Below, piece by piece: positions 62,197-64,000 of a stretch of 64,000 bases of DNA. The DNA lies in UHGV virus genome UHGV-0167591; one strand, 5' to 3'. The stretch comes from a virus. Both the position numbers and the translations under genes were made by a program. Within the stretch, counting starts at the first letter, position 1. Each line of letters begins with the position of its first letter. The notes beneath the pieces were generated by a model. The model saw only the letters and a list, made by a program, of their open reading frames with translations. It was not told the DNA's origin and did no database searches.

Positions 62197-64000
62197 ATGG
62201 AAAGAAAAAACGCCAACATTGACGATGTGATAAGGACGGTTGAAACCGCCAGCGCAAAAGAGCTGGAAGAGCTTGCAGGTATTCGGGAAGCTGTTGAAGA
62301 TTTGAAAGGGGGGCGAGTTGCAACTGTTGATCCTGTCTCTCGCAGTGTGTCGGCATTAAATCGCACAATCGAAAATTCCCAGTCAGACTTTGTGGCCAAA
62401 GCGCCATCAGTGGACCCTATTGTTGAGGCAATGAAACGGCTTAATTTAGGGGACGTTCCTCGTGTAGTTCAGGAGGATGTTGCTCTACAGGAACCGCAGG
62501 CCAAATCAACTACGCGAAAGGGTAAAAAACGACGCAGGAAGGCTATAACAGAAGATGTAAAGGCGCAACGGACCGAAGCAGCCGAACACGCCCGCGAAAT
62601 GTTCGGTCAAAAAGACGGTACGCAAAAAAGCCAAAACCAACGCGATGCGCGTGGTCGTTTTATTGGAAAGTCAGGGAGTAAGGCCGCAGCGGAAGATGCC
62701 CGTGCTGAACGCGCTGAAAAGGCCAGGCGCAAAGAGGATGATGAGCGTCTAAATGCTGAATCAGGTTTATTAAAAAAACTGTCAAAAGTAGCTGAAGGTA
62801 TAGGTAACCCTTCAGAGACTCGTGCCGTCGATGCTTTAGGTTATGCCGTTGCTGGCCCATTGTGGGCAGCGGGAAAAGAGCTTGGCGGGATATCAAAAGA
62901 AGTTGGCGGATCGCTTAATGGTGCCAGAAAGTCTATTGCCGATGTGATTCGTGGCAATGACGATAACAGCCGTAAAAAAGGTTTTTTTAGGCGTAAATCG
63001 CAAAGTAGTGCCGATGTCGTTCAGGTTAACACCCAAAAACGGACGGTTCAGGAACTTCAGGATCAGACCAGCGAAATTAAAGAGGGCAATGACAAGATTC
63101 TCAGCGCCCTTGAGCAGATAGCCAAAAACACCGGGAAAAAGAAGGGCGGCTTGCTGTCCAAATTATTTAGCTTGTTAGGGAAGGGGGCCGGAGGCGTCGC
63201 GTCGTTATTAATGGGGCGTGGCATGCTGAAAAAAGCGGGAGCACTCGCTTTTGGCGCTCTGGGGGCAAAGAGACTCGTAGGAATGCTACGCGGTGGGGGC
63301 AAGAAGACTCTCGCCCATGAAGGCGGAGACTTGGCTGCCCGGGCAGCTGGTAAACTGGGGTTAAAGGCAGTTGGTAAAGGGGCGTTACGCGCAATTCCCC
63401 TAGTCGGCACAGTGGCTGGAGGTATTTATGATGCGGTAACCGGTTGGAATGATACAGAAGCGCAACGTCGAGCGTTTGGGCTTAAATCAGGACAAGATCC
63501 ATCATTCCAGCAAAAAGCCGCTTATACGTTAGCCAATGTTCTCGATATGGGGGGACTGGTATCTGGTATTAGCAGTGCTATTGGTGATGTTCTCAAATCA
63601 CTTGGATTTGAGGATATCGGCAATATGTTGCAATCATTTTCGACGGAAAGTATTGCCCAGGCCATTGATAGCGGGGTTACCAACTTAGAAACATATATTT
63701 CTAACCTTGGCGACACCATTTCTACCAAGTTCGATGATTACACAGCAAAGATTGGTGATGCTGTTTCAGCATGGTTTAGCGATACATCTAATAAGTTGCT
63801 TGAAAAGCTGGATGCCATAAAAGACTTCTTTACTGTCGATAACCTGAAACAGGTTTTCAGTGATGCAATTGATAGTGCAATTGACTTCATTAAGAACCCA
63901 GGGAAACACATTAAAGAGGCGGCTGGTAATATTTGGGATGGGGTTAAAAATTTACCCGGTAAAGCATTAGATGCAGCGGTTGATGCCGTTAAAAATACCC
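62197..64000 (+). CDS. sit: Sit-like tail tape-measure / injection transglycosylase, N-terminal part (3' partial)
   Basis: ORF open from ATG 62197 to the window end; K/A/G-rich coiled-coil with glycine-zipper membrane-like segment, typical of tape-measure proteins. Confidence 0.7.
   Translation, partial: MERKNANIDDVIRTVETASAKELEELAGIREAVEDLKGGRVATVDPVSRSVSALNRTIENSQSDFVAKAPSVDPIVEAMKRLNLGDVPRVVQEDVALQEPQAKSTTRKGKKRRRKAITEDVKAQRTEAAEHAREMFGQKDGTQKSQNQRDARGRFIGKSGSKAAAEDARAERAEKARRKEDDERLNAESGLLKKLSKVAEGIGNPSETRAVDALGYAVAGPLWAAGKELGGISKEVGGSLNGARKSIADVIRGNDDNSRKKGFFRRKSQSSADVVQVNTQKRTVQELQDQTSEIKEGNDKILSALEQIAKNTGKKKGGLLSKLFSLLGKGAGGVASLLMGRGMLKKAGALAFGALGAKRLVGMLRGGGKKTLAHEGGDLAARAAGKLGLKAVGKGALRAIPLVGTVAGGIYDAVTGWNDTEAQRRAFGLKSGQDPSFQQKAAYTLANVLDMGGLVSGISSAIGDVLKSLGFEDIGNMLQSFSTESIAQAIDSGVTNLETYISNLGDTISTKFDDYTAKIGDAVSAWFSDTSNKLLEKLDAIKDFFTVDNLKQVFSDAIDSAIDFIKNPGKHIKEAAGNIWDGVKNLPGKALDAAVDAVKNT

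Overview
This 64 kb window is a near-contiguous segment of a P1-family temperate phage-plasmid, in reverse orientation relative to the usual P1 map. Calls rest on direct reading of the ORF translations and DNA motifs; no database search was possible, and P1 gene names and sizes are from memory. Recognised landmarks, in window order: lxc (bof), ref, cre with a canonical loxP, immC (coi, c1), pacB/pacA with the GATC-rich pac site, lpa, doc/phd, humD with a LexA box, hot, a long block of early/accessory genes, baseplate-like genes, the ban operon with three tRNAs and tciABC, dmt, hrdC, the plasmid replicon (oriR, incC, repA, incA, parA, parB, parS), head and tail genes, the lytic replicon (kilA, repL), immI (c4 region, icd, ant) and the 5' part of sit. 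About a dozen copies of the C1 operator motif are scattered through the window. The main anomaly is the ref-to-lxc interval: where P1 as I recall it carries the type III restriction-modification genes res/mod plus IS1, this window has one AT-rich gene for a PIN-like predicted nuclease (2931-3881). That is my best candidate for an undescribed single-gene defence or abortive-infection module. Secondary candidates are an AT-rich, translationally coupled gene pair next to repL (53453-54621), a 688 aa coiled-coil protein in the slot I would expect darB to occupy, a partition cassette that differs from P1, and a cluster of tRNA-like minihelix repeats downstream of the tRNA genes. No CRISPR array, IS element or integrase was found.
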